DNA from: a virus
Taxonomy: Duplodnaviria; Caudoviricetes
Length of the DNA stretch: 62,724 nucleotides
Reading direction: 5' to 3' (one strand)
IMG/VR virus record: IMGVR_UViG_3300032250_000155
Span: 1 to 62,724 of that record
Within the stretch, counting starts at the first letter, position 1. Every line of letters starts with the position of its first letter. Made by a program: the position numbers and the translations under genes. Below, piece after piece: positions 50,689-58,721 of this stretch. The notes beneath the pieces were generated by a model. That model saw only the letters and a program-made list of their open reading frames with translations. It was not told the DNA's origin and did not search any database.

Positions 50689-50916
50689 TTAGAACTTAGA
50701 TTGCAATGCACTCGGATACTTATTTAAGTAATCAAGAAAATCGTATATCATTTTCCTTGTGTACCTAATTGGTTTTGTGTCACAATGTACAATTAGCTTA
50801 TTCTTTCTAATTATAGCAAGTTTCCTTGCTGACACACCTAACATTAGTCTAAGTTCCTTGTCTGTATAAAGCAACTTTTCTAACTTAACCTCTTCCATAT
50901 CAGATTTTTTTATCAT
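50689..50916 (-). CDS. Excisionase/MerR-like HTH protein
   Basis: LYTDKELRLMLGVSARKL...IRYTRKMI. Confidence 0.65.
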   Translation of the reverse strand: MIKKSDMEEVKLEKLLYTDKELRLMLGVSARKLAIIRKNKLIVHCDTKPIRYTRKMIYDFLDYLNKYPSALQSKF

Positions 50917-51124
50917 TTACGGTTACAGTTATATCTAATGCGACAAGATGACCATTAGAAGCTAGGTTGCAAATTATTCTATTGAGAAGATTGTATCCAA
51001 CATTCCTTCTATTTGACTCTAATCCTGAAACTTGTTGGAATGATGTTATTCCCGCTGCCTCAGCAAACTGCGATTGGGTAAGACCTAATTCAGTTCTTAT
51101 GTTTTTTATTAACCCTTTTTTCAT
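50900..51124 (-). CDS. XRE-family HTH regulator
   Basis: IKNIRTELGLTQSQFAEAAGI...VSGLESN; likely start MKKGL at 51124. Confidence 0.8.
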   Translation of the reverse strand: MKKGLIKNIRTELGLTQSQFAEAAGITSFQQVSGLESNRRNVGYNLLNRIICNLASNGHLVALDITVTVNDKKI

Positions 51125-51158
51125 ATTTATACATAATTTAAAAAAAATAAAGGTATCT

Positions 51159-51629
51159 CTATTTAAGAGATACCCTGATTGTTGATGAACTTGATTTAAT
51201 AGGAGGAAACATTTCTGTAATTTCCCCCGTTGTTTCATCTAAGATTGAAGTCTTAGATTTTAAAGTTTTAGCTAATGCCTCAATCTCTTTTAATTTAATA
51301 TTGGCATCATCTAGTACTTTCTTTTGCGCAACCCAATTTGAATTAGCAGAAAAGTCAAACTTAGCAGGAGTTTCTACTTTCTTTAAAGAAACATCTAAAA
51401 GTTCAGTCTCTTCTCTGTCAAAAGTCGACAACTCTTCTAGTGCATATTCTTTAAGCCCCTTCTCTAATTCCTCTAATAAAAAGATATACTTCCTACATAT
51501 AGCTATATCCTTTAAAGGGTCTCCTCCTTCAAATGCTACTTTCTCTAAGTAGTTACTAACCATATCTACCATCTGAGCCTTATTGGCTGAATAAACGGGA
51601 GATGATTCTAATTTAATAATATCTGACAT
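51159..51629 (-). CDS. Hypothetical protein in the replication/recombination module
   Basis: 156 aa; C-terminal DETTGEI motif. Confidence 0.7.
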   Translation of the reverse strand: MSDIIKLESSPVYSANKAQMVDMVSNYLEKVAFEGGDPLKDIAICRKYIFLLEELEKGLKEYALEELSTFDREETELLDVSLKKVETPAKFDFSANSNWVAQKKVLDDANIKLKEIEALAKTLKSKTSILDETTGEITEMFPPIKSSSSTIRVSLK

Positions 51630-51631
51630 AA

Positions 51632-52339
51632 TTAAAATGGTAAAGGATTTTCGTCTAATTGAATTGATGGTAATTCTCTAAATACAGGAGCAGAAGTAAC
51701 TTCTTCAACATCTACCTCTTCTACAGAATCATTTACTTCATTTTTTTTTGCTACAAAGTATGATGTTAATTCGTCATAAAGCTTATCGCCTAATTTAGAA
51801 TCTTCCTCAGAGATAGCTTCTCCTATCTCAAATACGGGGACAGAATATTTAACAACGCCATTTTTTGCATCTAATACATTATTAATAGAAATATAGTTGC
51901 CTAAAAATTTCTTACTAGACTCCTTATTAAAATCAGACCAATGTTGTAATACTGAACCTTTCATTGAAATATTAACAATCTGACCATCAAGAATTACATA
52001 CAAACTTGCGTTATAATGACCACCTTTCTCAACAATCTTTAATTTAATATCCTGATAAAGCCCTTTAACTAATTCGCCTCCCTTATAAGAACGAACAAAT
52101 AGTTGCTCATTTTTTGTTGAGCGAACTTCATTTGAATAAATAGACGATTTACAATCGTTATCAAACCCTTTAATACTAGACAAGGAATCTAAGTATATCA
52201 ATTTAATGGGTAATTTAAGATTTCTGTCGGTTTTCAATGTTTTATCGTAAAACGTAAAACACTTATCATTTGAAGACCAATTTAAGTACATCTTAACTGG
52301 GGATTCGGCTTTCGCCTTAAAAGCATCTGAACGTGCCAT
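51632..52339 (-). CDS. Putative ssDNA-binding protein
   Basis: Beta-rich core with an acidic tail ending DENPLPF. Confidence 0.55.
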   Translation of the reverse strand: MARSDAFKAKAESPVKMYLNWSSNDKCFTFYDKTLKTDRNLKLPIKLIYLDSLSSIKGFDNDCKSSIYSNEVRSTKNEQLFVRSYKGGELVKGLYQDIKLKIVEKGGHYNASLYVILDGQIVNISMKGSVLQHWSDFNKESSKKFLGNYISINNVLDAKNGVVKYSVPVFEIGEAISEEDSKLGDKLYDELTSYFVAKKNEVNDSVEEVDVEEVTSAPVFRELPSIQLDENPLPF

Positions 52340-52357
52340 AATTATTTGGTTTGTTTG

Positions 52358-52525
52358 TTAAAAATTATTGTTGCTTTGAAATTGACTAAGAAATGTTATT
52401 CTATTAACTAATCTTGTTACTCGCCTTTCTACGGGCTTCTTAAACCTTCCGTTTTTACAAAAACTCTTAGGGTTGCTTACGATAACCTCCGCCTTGCGAA
52501 GTGCATCACTGTATGATTTTTTCAT
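52358..52525 (-). CDS. Small basic hypothetical protein
   Basis: Likely start MKKSY at 52525; promoter TATATTTG at 52547-52554. Confidence 0.5.
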   Translation of the reverse strand: MKKSYSDALRKAEVIVSNPKSFCKNGRFKKPVERRVTRLVNRITFLSQFQSNNNF

Positions 52526-52649
52526 TGATAATGTTTTATTGTTCAGCAAATATAATACAAAAATATTATAATACAAAACATTTAATAAAAAAAGATGCCC
52601 CGCATAACGAGGCTCTTTAGACTATCCAATCAATTAAACAAATTAAACA

Positions 52650-53087
52650 TTATCTGTGCCACGCATAAGGTTTTTTAATTCCTGTGTGCGTGACAGTATT
52701 GTTTGAGTTCGGTGTTGTAATATTACTTACAATATTCGTGCCAGTAATATATCCAGTATTAGGGTCTTTACCTTTACTAGAAAAGAACCTTGTAGACTCT
52801 AACTCATGCCTTAAAAACTCTATCTCTGATTTACTAGCATCTAACTCTTCTTGTAGCTCTAGTATATCCTTCTTTAATCTCTTTAGATACAACGCCCCAT
52901 CAAGCAACTCTTGGTATGCGTGTTCCGCCCAATCGGATGCTGTTAAGTCAGTTCTATCCATTGTAGTACCATATTTCTTTAAGCCTACCTCTGCTCTAGC
53001 AGATATATCTTTTATCGTGTCGAACACTATACTATCTGTAAAGACAGTTACATTTTCTTCTGTTGGATTCATGTTATTCAACTCCAT
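52650..53087 (-). CDS. All-alpha NTP pyrophosphohydrolase-like (MazG/dATP-dGTP PPase-like) protein
   Basis: RAEVGLKKYGTT...DW.EHAYQELLDGALY. Confidence 0.55.
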   Translation of the reverse strand: MELNNMNPTEENVTVFTDSIVFDTIKDISARAEVGLKKYGTTMDRTDLTASDWAEHAYQELLDGALYLKRLKKDILELQEELDASKSEIEFLRHELESTRFFSSKGKDPNTGYITGTNIVSNITTPNSNNTVTHTGIKKPYAWHR

Positions 53088-53430
53088 ATTCTTTTAGTAT
53101 TTGGGATATTTTATCTGCACATTCAATTTTCTTATCTCTATCTAACGACTCAAGTTTCAATGCTATATCAAACAAATGGTCTGACATAACAGATGCGTTA
53201 ACAAATTGGTCTAGAACACTGTCTTGCGTATCGGAATCTTTTCCAGCAACCATTAACTCATCCACTTGCCCCTCAAGTTCTTTTATTAGCATATTGGTGT
53301 ACTGCTTAATCTTGTGGTAGTACAACTTTGTGGGAACAACCTTCTCGTCGATAAAGTCTCTTAATGACTGACACTTCGCATAGTATGCAATCATATTTCT
53401 CATTTCAGAATCTGTAAGTAATCTTTTCAT
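53074..53430 (-). CDS. Hypothetical protein
   Basis: 118-aa coupled ORF. Confidence 0.65.
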   Translation of the reverse strand: MKRLLTDSEMRNMIAYYAKCQSLRDFIDEKVVPTKLYYHKIKQYTNMLIKELEGQVDELMVAGKDSDTQDSVLDQFVNASVMSDHLFDIALKLESLDRDKKIECADKISQILKEYGVE

Positions 53431-53436
53431 ATTTGT

Positions 53437-53877
53437 TTAATAATTATTTGTGTAACCTTGTACTGTTCTGTAGTCTATTAGACCATTATTCTCCTTAAAG
53501 TATTCAACTATTGCGTGGGTAGTTATTCCAAGCATCTTAGCGTCTTCAATAAATAAACTTCTCACCTTTTTAACCCATTTATAATTGCCATACTTAAAGA
53601 ATAGCTCTGATAATTCTTGAGAATAACTTCCTTTAATTTCGGTAATATATTGCTGTTTTATCTTATCTAAATATTCAGCATCTTTCTTTCTCTGTTTTTT
53701 CTCATTGTACTTCTTCATTCGATTAACTCTCTTAGCTAAGTACACATAAGATTTAATATTAAGAAGAACAAGAATCTTACCTTCGCAGTTATCGCAAGTA
53801 AATGAACGTCTTATTCTTTCTTCAATAAAATCTTCGTCGTGCTCTTTACCACAATATGGGCAGTGTAGGTCATCCAT
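53437..53877 (-). CDS. Zn-ribbon + helical DNA-binding-like protein (paralog of 58711..59124)
   Basis: CPYCG...CDNC. Confidence 0.65.
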   Translation of the reverse strand: MDDLHCPYCGKEHDEDFIEERIRRSFTCDNCEGKILVLLNIKSYVYLAKRVNRMKKYNEKKQRKKDAEYLDKIKQQYITEIKGSYSQELSELFFKYGNYKWVKKVRSLFIEDAKMLGITTHAIVEYFKENNGLIDYRTVQGYTNNY

Positions 53878-54088
53878 TGTAACGGTACTTATTCTTAAGT
53901 ATATATAACCATAAGGGAATCATCCATTCGATAAAATATCCATTTACCTTTAATAATCTTCTATCATTTCTTTTGGTAGAATAAGAAAGCCAGTCAGCTT
54001 TTTCGTTAAAGAAGTAAACACCCCATCCGAATAATCTGAAGCAGAATGTCTCATTAGTGTAATGGAAGATGAAGTATTTAGTTATCAT
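53870..54088 (-). CDS. Hypothetical aromatic-rich protein
   Basis: Likely start MITKY at 54088; overlaps the next gene. Confidence 0.5.
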   Translation of the reverse strand: MITKYFIFHYTNETFCFRLFGWGVYFFNEKADWLSYSTKRNDRRLLKVNGYFIEWMIPLWLYILKNKYRYNG

Positions 54089-54190
54089 TTGTATTTTGTG
54101 TATTGCGCTACACATATTTGTCTGTTTTTGTATGATTTATTATACATTATCATTCAATTTTACATATTATGAATGATATACTTTACATAT

Positions 54191-54264
54191 TGCGCAGCCC
54201 CAAAGGATTTGAACCTTTACCAACGGTTTTGGAGACCGTTATACTACCATTATACTAGAGACGC
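54191..54264 (-). tRNA. tRNA-Trp(CCA), irregular acceptor stem
   Basis: ACGGT-CTCCAAA-ACCGT anticodon arm; AAAGG-TTCAAAT-CCTTT T arm. Confidence 0.8.
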
Positions 54265-54319
54265 ATTTGCTTGTCTTTCCAAGCGGTCATCAAATTTTGG
54301 TAAGGAAGGAAATCTCTTG

Positions 54320-54428
54320 CCGAGATAACAGGAATCGAACCTGTAATAATAATTGCTACAAGAGGCTCATTAAAAATGTATCGAACTTTGTTACGCAATT
54401 ATAGCGTCTACCATTCCGCCATATCTCG
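54320..54428 (-). ncRNA. tRNA-like RNA 1 with the anticodon arm replaced by a long hairpin
   Basis: CGAGATA/TATCTCG acceptor, GCGGAATGGTAGACGC D arm, ACAGG-TTCGATT-CCTGT T arm; no 7-nt anticodon loop. Confidence 0.8.
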
Positions 54429-54543
54429 TGGTTGGGTCTTTCCCCAATTGTCACCTATTGCTTTTGACGTCTCAATTTGGAATTGTTTCCTAAAAACTTC
54501 TCCTCCTCTCTATTAGGGCTGCATAATGGTCATTTACCCCTCG

Positions 54544-54640
54544 TAGTCAGGACAGGATTCGAACCTGTAATGCAGAGAGTAGTCCTCAACGGGTAACGCC
54601 TTAACATACCATACATTTGACACCATTTCGCCACCTGACT
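54544..54640 (-). ncRNA. tRNA-like RNA 2 with a variable central insert
   Basis: AGTCAGG/CCTGACT acceptor, ACAGG-TTCGAAT-CCTGT T arm, degenerate D arm. Confidence 0.75.
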
Positions 54641-54700
54641 AAATTCTAATTCTATGCTTACTACTTGTCTTGTCCTATGAATTAGTAACAGTCTTCATTG

Positions 54701-54799
54701 TAGTCAGGACAGGATTCGAACCTGTACGATAAGTAACTTTAAGACCATATTGTAAACCTATCTTATTATGGTCAGCGTCTATCATTCCGCCACCTGACT
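54701..54799 (-). ncRNA. tRNA-like RNA 3 with an enlarged anticodon loop
   Basis: Same acceptor and T arm as RNA 2; GCGGAATGATAGACGC D arm; GACCATA/TATGGTC stem with a 17-nt loop. Confidence 0.8.
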
Positions 54800-54805
54800 A
54801 TATTT

Positions 54806-54946
54806 TTACTCAAAATTTTCACACTTGCAACATATCCTTCCACTATACAAGCCCGTAATTATACCTATTCTGTCAGGCTTATAATTATGAATACAAGTTT
54901 GTTGTTTCCAAGTTTTTTTAATCCATAAAACAAAATCACCTAACAT
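54806..54946 (-). CDS. Small Cys/His peptide inside the tRNA cluster
   Basis: MLGDFV...CIHNY...ICCKCE; likely start 54946. Confidence 0.5.
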   Translation of the reverse strand: MLGDFVLWIKKTWKQQTCIHNYKPDRIGIITGLYSGRICCKCENFE

Positions 54947-54967
54947 AGTTATTATTTTAAATTTAAG

Positions 54968-55049
54968 TGCTCTCGGCAGGATTCGAACCTGCACATCTTG
55001 CGACACCAGAGCCTAAGTCTGGCGTGTCTACCAATTTCACCACAAGAGC
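54968..55049 (-). tRNA. tRNA-Leu(TAG)
   Basis: Full cloverleaf with CCAGA-CTTAGGC-TCTGG anticodon arm and a long variable arm. Confidence 0.92.
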
Positions 55050-55187
55050 AATTAAAGAGAAGCTGTGGGTCTTTCGGGGTTTCTGGTCTGCATTCCTCCA
55101 ATTAGTGTACGTTCCACTATAAACCCTTTTTAAGAACGGCTCTGCTTTTTGTCGGAGAAAGCCTAACAGCATCCTACTTCTCTTTAG

Positions 55188-55260
55188 AGCTTCTGAAAGG
55201 AGTCGAACCCTCAACCTTTTCCTTACAAGGGAATTGCACTACCAATTGTGCTACAGAAGC
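55188..55260 (-). tRNA. tRNA-Thr(TGT)
   Basis: GCTTCTG/CAGAAGC acceptor; TTCC-CTTGTAA-GGAA anticodon arm; TTCGACT T loop. Confidence 0.9.
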
Positions 55261-55328
55261 AAATTCGATGTCTTTCCATCAGTCAGCTTTCTATTTAAGA
55301 CAAGGAAGTTAGTGAGCATATACCTATA

Positions 55329-55367
55329 AATTTTGTAACAAATTTAGCATACATTTGTTACAAAATT
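55329..55367. repeat. 15-bp perfect inverted repeat
   Basis: AATTTTGTAACAAAT-9 nt-ATTTGTTACAAAATT. Confidence 0.8.
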
Positions 55368-55439
55368 ATATGCAAAAATGTATCATATATTAGTCATTAT
55401 GCCCTATTATATGCAATAACGTATCATATATGAGACATT

Positions 55440-55682
55440 TTACTCTAAAATAGACTTAATTTTTGATAGAATACTTTTAGAGCTAGAGATACTTTTGTCT
55501 GTAGAATCCTTGTCAAGCTGTAGATTAATAATCTGTTGCTCAATAGAAGCCTTAAATCCTTCTTGTTGCTCAATCAATTGAGACAACTCATCTCTTGTCC
55601 TAGTAAATACCGATAAGATATTTTCTTTTTTAGCTTGCAAAGAGCCAAGCGTTGTTACTTCTTTTTGTCGTGTGAAAAACAT
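55440..55682 (-). CDS. Coiled-coil hypothetical protein
   Basis: 80-aa ORF with heptad pattern. Confidence 0.6.
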   Translation of the reverse strand: MFFTRQKEVTTLGSLQAKKENILSVFTRTRDELSQLIEQQEGFKASIEQQIINLQLDKDSTDKSISSSKSILSKIKSILE

Positions 55683-55733
55683 TTTTTCGTTAGTTTACGG
55701 TTAATAAAAATTTAATAGAACTAGAACTGATTG

Positions 55734-55805
55734 AAGCGTGTGGGAGACTCGAACTCCCATCTCAAATCGTATCACATTGAATTTTGCCTTTCAAACTAAC
55801 ACGCT
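55734..55805 (-). tRNA. Degenerate tRNA / tRNA-like element (GAT in an irregular loop)
   Basis: AGCGTGT/ACACGCT acceptor and GGGAG-TTCGAGT-CTCCC T arm; anticodon arm non-canonical. Confidence 0.6.
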
Positions 55806-55831
55806 TTCCTTTAATCCCTTTAATTACATAT

Positions 55832-55839
55832 CAAAGGTA
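55832..55839 (-). promoter_or_regulatory. Bacteroidetes -7 element TACCTTTG heading the tRNA cluster
   Basis: TAnnTTTG 26 nt upstream of the first tRNA-like element. Confidence 0.6.
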
Positions 55840-55880
55840 AAACAAACTATTTAATTAAACAAGCATTAGGTTTAGTTTCT

Positions 55881-56066
55881 TTATAATCTCTTTTTCTTTC
55901 GAAGTTCAACTGCATAGATGTAGTATCCATTAAAGTAAATACTCCTAATGTCACCCAACAAAAGGTCATATGGAACATTTCTTGAGTACTTCTGTATGCA
56001 AATCACATACCCAAATAGAATAAGTTCGTATCCTTGAACGTATCTATACTTATACTTTCGTATCAT
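55881..56066 (-). CDS. Hypothetical protein
   Basis: 61-aa coupled ORF. Confidence 0.45.
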   Translation of the reverse strand: MIRKYKYRYVQGYELILFGYVICIQKYSRNVPYDLLLGDIRSIYFNGYYIYAVELRKKKRL

Positions 56067-56316
56067 TTTGTATTTTAGTTTTAAGTGTTTCGTAATCTAG
56101 TGTGCATATAAAACTTTTACCTGCCGACATAACCTCTGAGTATTGTTTACCTCCTGTATCATCTGTTTCATATGGGGCAATAGCATCAATGTTATAGAAA
56201 GTGAGTGGCTCAGACTCATAAAAAGAGTAGTCGTGGCTTATGCCTAACTCCTCAAGAGTATCTGTAGTCTCGTCGTGGATAAAACACTGCAATTCAATTC
56301 CTTTTGTAAACATCAT
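56050..56316 (-). CDS. Hypothetical protein
   Basis: 88-aa ORF. Confidence 0.6.
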   Translation of the reverse strand: MMFTKGIELQCFIHDETTDTLEELGISHDYSFYESEPLTFYNIDAIAPYETDDTGGKQYSEVMSAGKSFICTLDYETLKTKIQNDTKV

Positions 56317-56328
56317 TTTTTTTGTTAT

Positions 56329-56607
56329 TTAATCCTCTATGCCGTAGTCTCTACTAAGAAGAAAGTTTGAAATAAGAGACTCGTCAGCCATTAAATACTC
56401 TCCATTAGAGAAGAGTTTAGTATCGTCATAACTCACAAGTTTAAACTTCTTGATGTGGGATAGGAAATCCATAAGGATAATCTTAGGATTGGATAATTTT
56501 TCATTAACAACAAACTGCTCTTGTTTGCCTCTTGTATATCCTCTATCATAAGTTTCGCTTATTAGATATATAATATCTCCTTCAATATCTTTTATATTTT
56601 TATCCAT
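56329..56607 (-). CDS. Hypothetical protein
   Basis: 92-aa ORF. Confidence 0.6.
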   Translation of the reverse strand: MDKNIKDIEGDIIYLISETYDRGYTRGKQEQFVVNEKLSNPKIILMDFLSHIKKFKLVSYDDTKLFSNGEYLMADESLISNFLLSRDYGIED

Positions 56608-56608
56608 T

Positions 56609-57373
56609 TTATTCAGGCTTATACTTTACTAACAACTCAATTATATGCTGATATTCTTTGCATTCGACTACATTATAGGTCTCTTGTTCTTCGTGAATAT
56701 GAACTAAATAACACTTACCTATCTTTAAATTTGTATTCCTCTCAATAATATATTTATACAAATTTAATTGAATAGAATAAGATTCAAGTTCGCAATCTTG
56801 AAGAAAGTTTATAGGCGCTAGCATTCTGTTTTTATATTTAGAGAATGTAGTTATCTCCTTATTGGTCTTATAATCCCATATCTGCAACTCGCCCATCTTT
56901 TGATTCCAGAATAGACAATCAACCATACCTCCTATACCAAGTTCACTATCACCAACTACTAACTCCATAGCAATCGGAATCAAAGATTCATTGGCATCGT
57001 TGTAGAAGTTCTTAAACATTCTAATACATTCTTCAAGGCGTTCTCTCATTAAGCCTTCTCCAAAGCGTTCATCATAAGTGTTATAATCTATGGGGAATAC
57101 TTTGTTCTGCCAATAGTTTTCACCAAAGTTATGTAGAAGAGTTCCCTTTGTTCGAGAGAAATCTCCCTTAAACTCCCAATCAGCAAGAATTTCTTCTACA
57201 GAAACCCCCGCTTTCTTGGCTGACTTTACAGACTGACCTTTAGAGTCAAACTTCTTTTTAAATTTGCCTACAAATGCAGTTCCGCTTATTAGCTTCTGCT
57301 CTCCAATGTAGTACTCGTGAGGCTCATCAAAGTACTTCACGTTCTTAAACTTTGCTAGTTCTTGGTATATCAT
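56609..57373 (-). CDS. PD-(D/E)XK exonuclease (Cas4/RecB-like family)
   Basis: GTLLH, GGMVD, IWDYKT and YSIQLNLY motifs. Confidence 0.85.
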   Translation of the reverse strand: MIYQELAKFKNVKYFDEPHEYYIGEQKLISGTAFVGKFKKKFDSKGQSVKSAKKAGVSVEEILADWEFKGDFSRTKGTLLHNFGENYWQNKVFPIDYNTYDERFGEGLMRERLEECIRMFKNFYNDANESLIPIAMELVVGDSELGIGGMVDCLFWNQKMGELQIWDYKTNKEITTFSKYKNRMLAPINFLQDCELESYSIQLNLYKYIIERNTNLKIGKCYLVHIHEEQETYNVVECKEYQHIIELLVKYKPE

Positions 57374-57627
57374 AACATGAAATCTGTGTTAACTAATACG
57401 GGTGCATTTTCTATATAAGGTATGCTCCTTACTACATTGTACTCGAAGTGGTCTATTGCATCATCCACTTCCATGCCTTCCTTGACTAAGCACTCTATCA
57501 TTAGAGAAACATCGTAAACAAGTCGTGTGTTGCAGGCATCTACGCCTATAACTGCATCATCAAATCCGTCAACCTTCACAAAGGTATCATCGGGATACAG
57601 CTCAAATATTTGTTCTAATTTTGTCAT
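57370..57627 (-). CDS. Phage hypothetical protein
   Basis: DGFDDAVIG...VYD...AIDHFEYN motif. Confidence 0.7.
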   Translation of the reverse strand: MTKLEQIFELYPDDTFVKVDGFDDAVIGVDACNTRLVYDVSLMIECLVKEGMEVDDAIDHFEYNVVRSIPYIENAPVLVNTDFML

Positions 57628-57872
57628 AATTTTTCTATTTCTTGTTTAACATCTTGCCAATATTCTCTACTTAAATCCGCAAAATCATAAGGGCATAACG
57701 TATCTCTATTATAGTTTTCATAAGGAACTATTGATATTATCTCATCAACTGCAATTAATGCACATTGTCTGGCTGAATGATAATTTTTACTTTCTACAAC
57801 ATTATACCAAATTCTTGGCAAATTATCTGCATATTTATCAACCAACTCCTTTGCTTTTTCTTTCGGTGTCAT
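57624..57872 (-). CDS. Hypothetical protein (MTPKEKAKEL type)
   Basis: 82 aa; CALIAVDEII...YWQDVKQEI. Confidence 0.7.
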   Translation of the reverse strand: MTPKEKAKELVDKYADNLPRIWYNVVESKNYHSARQCALIAVDEIISIVPYENYNRDTLCPYDFADLSREYWQDVKQEIEKL

Positions 57873-58075
57873 GGTTTCTTTTTTAATGATGTTATTTCTT
57901 TTAGTAAATCAAATATGTAATTAGCATTCTCTCCCCAAAACATATCGCATTTACCATCCTTGAAAGGAGACTCTACAAAGTATGATTGGTAATATTCATC
58001 TGCCAAAGCGGTGAATCTGTAGCAATTTTCTTTTACTGGGCATCCTTCGCCCTTACATTTTGTTATATCAGCCAT
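57869..58075 (-). CDS. Small Cys-rich protein
   Basis: MADITKCKGEGCPVKENCYRF...C. Confidence 0.7.
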   Translation of the reverse strand: MADITKCKGEGCPVKENCYRFTALADEYYQSYFVESPFKDGKCDMFWGENANYIFDLLKEITSLKKKP

Positions 58076-58213
58076 TCTTTTATTTGATTTATAAAATCAA
58101 TTAGTCTTTTATTATTTCTTCTGTCTCTAATAGACTCATAAGGAATACCTTGAAGTAGATATTTATACTTTAAGCCTTCATCTTCAATCTCTAATTGAAA
58201 CGCCTTTTGTTTC

Positions 58214-58483
58214 CTAACTATTTTCCTTAATATGTTCCCCATTTTGATAAACGTTTAAGTACCATTGCTTAAAGTTCCTTATCCTTGTGTAGGCACAAAC
58301 TCTTTCTGCTCCTACATTATGATTCATCCTGTATTTATTGTACTCCAATGAGTAGTAAGCATCGCCAATCACAATACCATGATACGCTTTGATATTCAGT
58401 AGGTTTGGTTGTGTTTCAAGAAACCAATCTACCCAATCTGCTGCTAACTTGTAGTACTCTTGTTGTTTTTCCTTATTCGCCAT
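58214..58483 (-). CDS. Hypothetical protein
   Basis: 89-aa coupled ORF. Confidence 0.6.
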   Translation of the reverse strand: MANKEKQQEYYKLAADWVDWFLETQPNLLNIKAYHGIVIGDAYYSLEYNKYRMNHNVGAERVCAYTRIRNFKQWYLNVYQNGEHIKENS

Positions 58484-58721
58484 CTTCTAGTAATTCAAAG
58501 TCATCTGCGATAAAGAAGTCTCCCATAGTCTTAGTCATAACATTCTGTGACAACACAAATATGTTACCAAATTTTTGGCTATGATGCTTGTGTGTAACAT
58601 ACAGAAAAGGTTGATTATTCTGCTTAGCCTTAGCCCATTGCTCTGACTGCTCTAGTGGTCTAGCATAACTCTTCTTATGCGGAACAACTTTCATTTCTAA
58701 TTCTACTAAATTATTTTCCAT
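58473..58721 (-). CDS. Hypothetical protein
   Basis: 82-aa coupled ORF. Confidence 0.6.
   Translation of the reverse strand: MENNLVELEMKVVPHKKSYARPLEQSEQWAKAKQNNQPFLYVTHKHHSQKFGNIFVLSQNVMTKTMGDFFIADDFELLEDGE

Noticed and set aside
54543-54800. Mini-CRISPR array (27-nt identical repeats)
   Set aside because: Only two copies; they are T-arm/acceptor halves that pair with upstream 5' halves; spacing is far longer than CRISPR spacers; no cas operon
54963-55214. 83-aa ORF and the 5' extension of the 54806 ORF
   Set aside because: They overlap tRNA-Leu and tRNA-Thr and are translations of tRNA sequence
56609-57373. Cas4 indicating a CRISPR system
   Set aside because: Stand-alone PD-(D/E)XK exonucleases are common in phage replication modules; there is no four-Cys Fe-S pattern, cas1/cas2 or array
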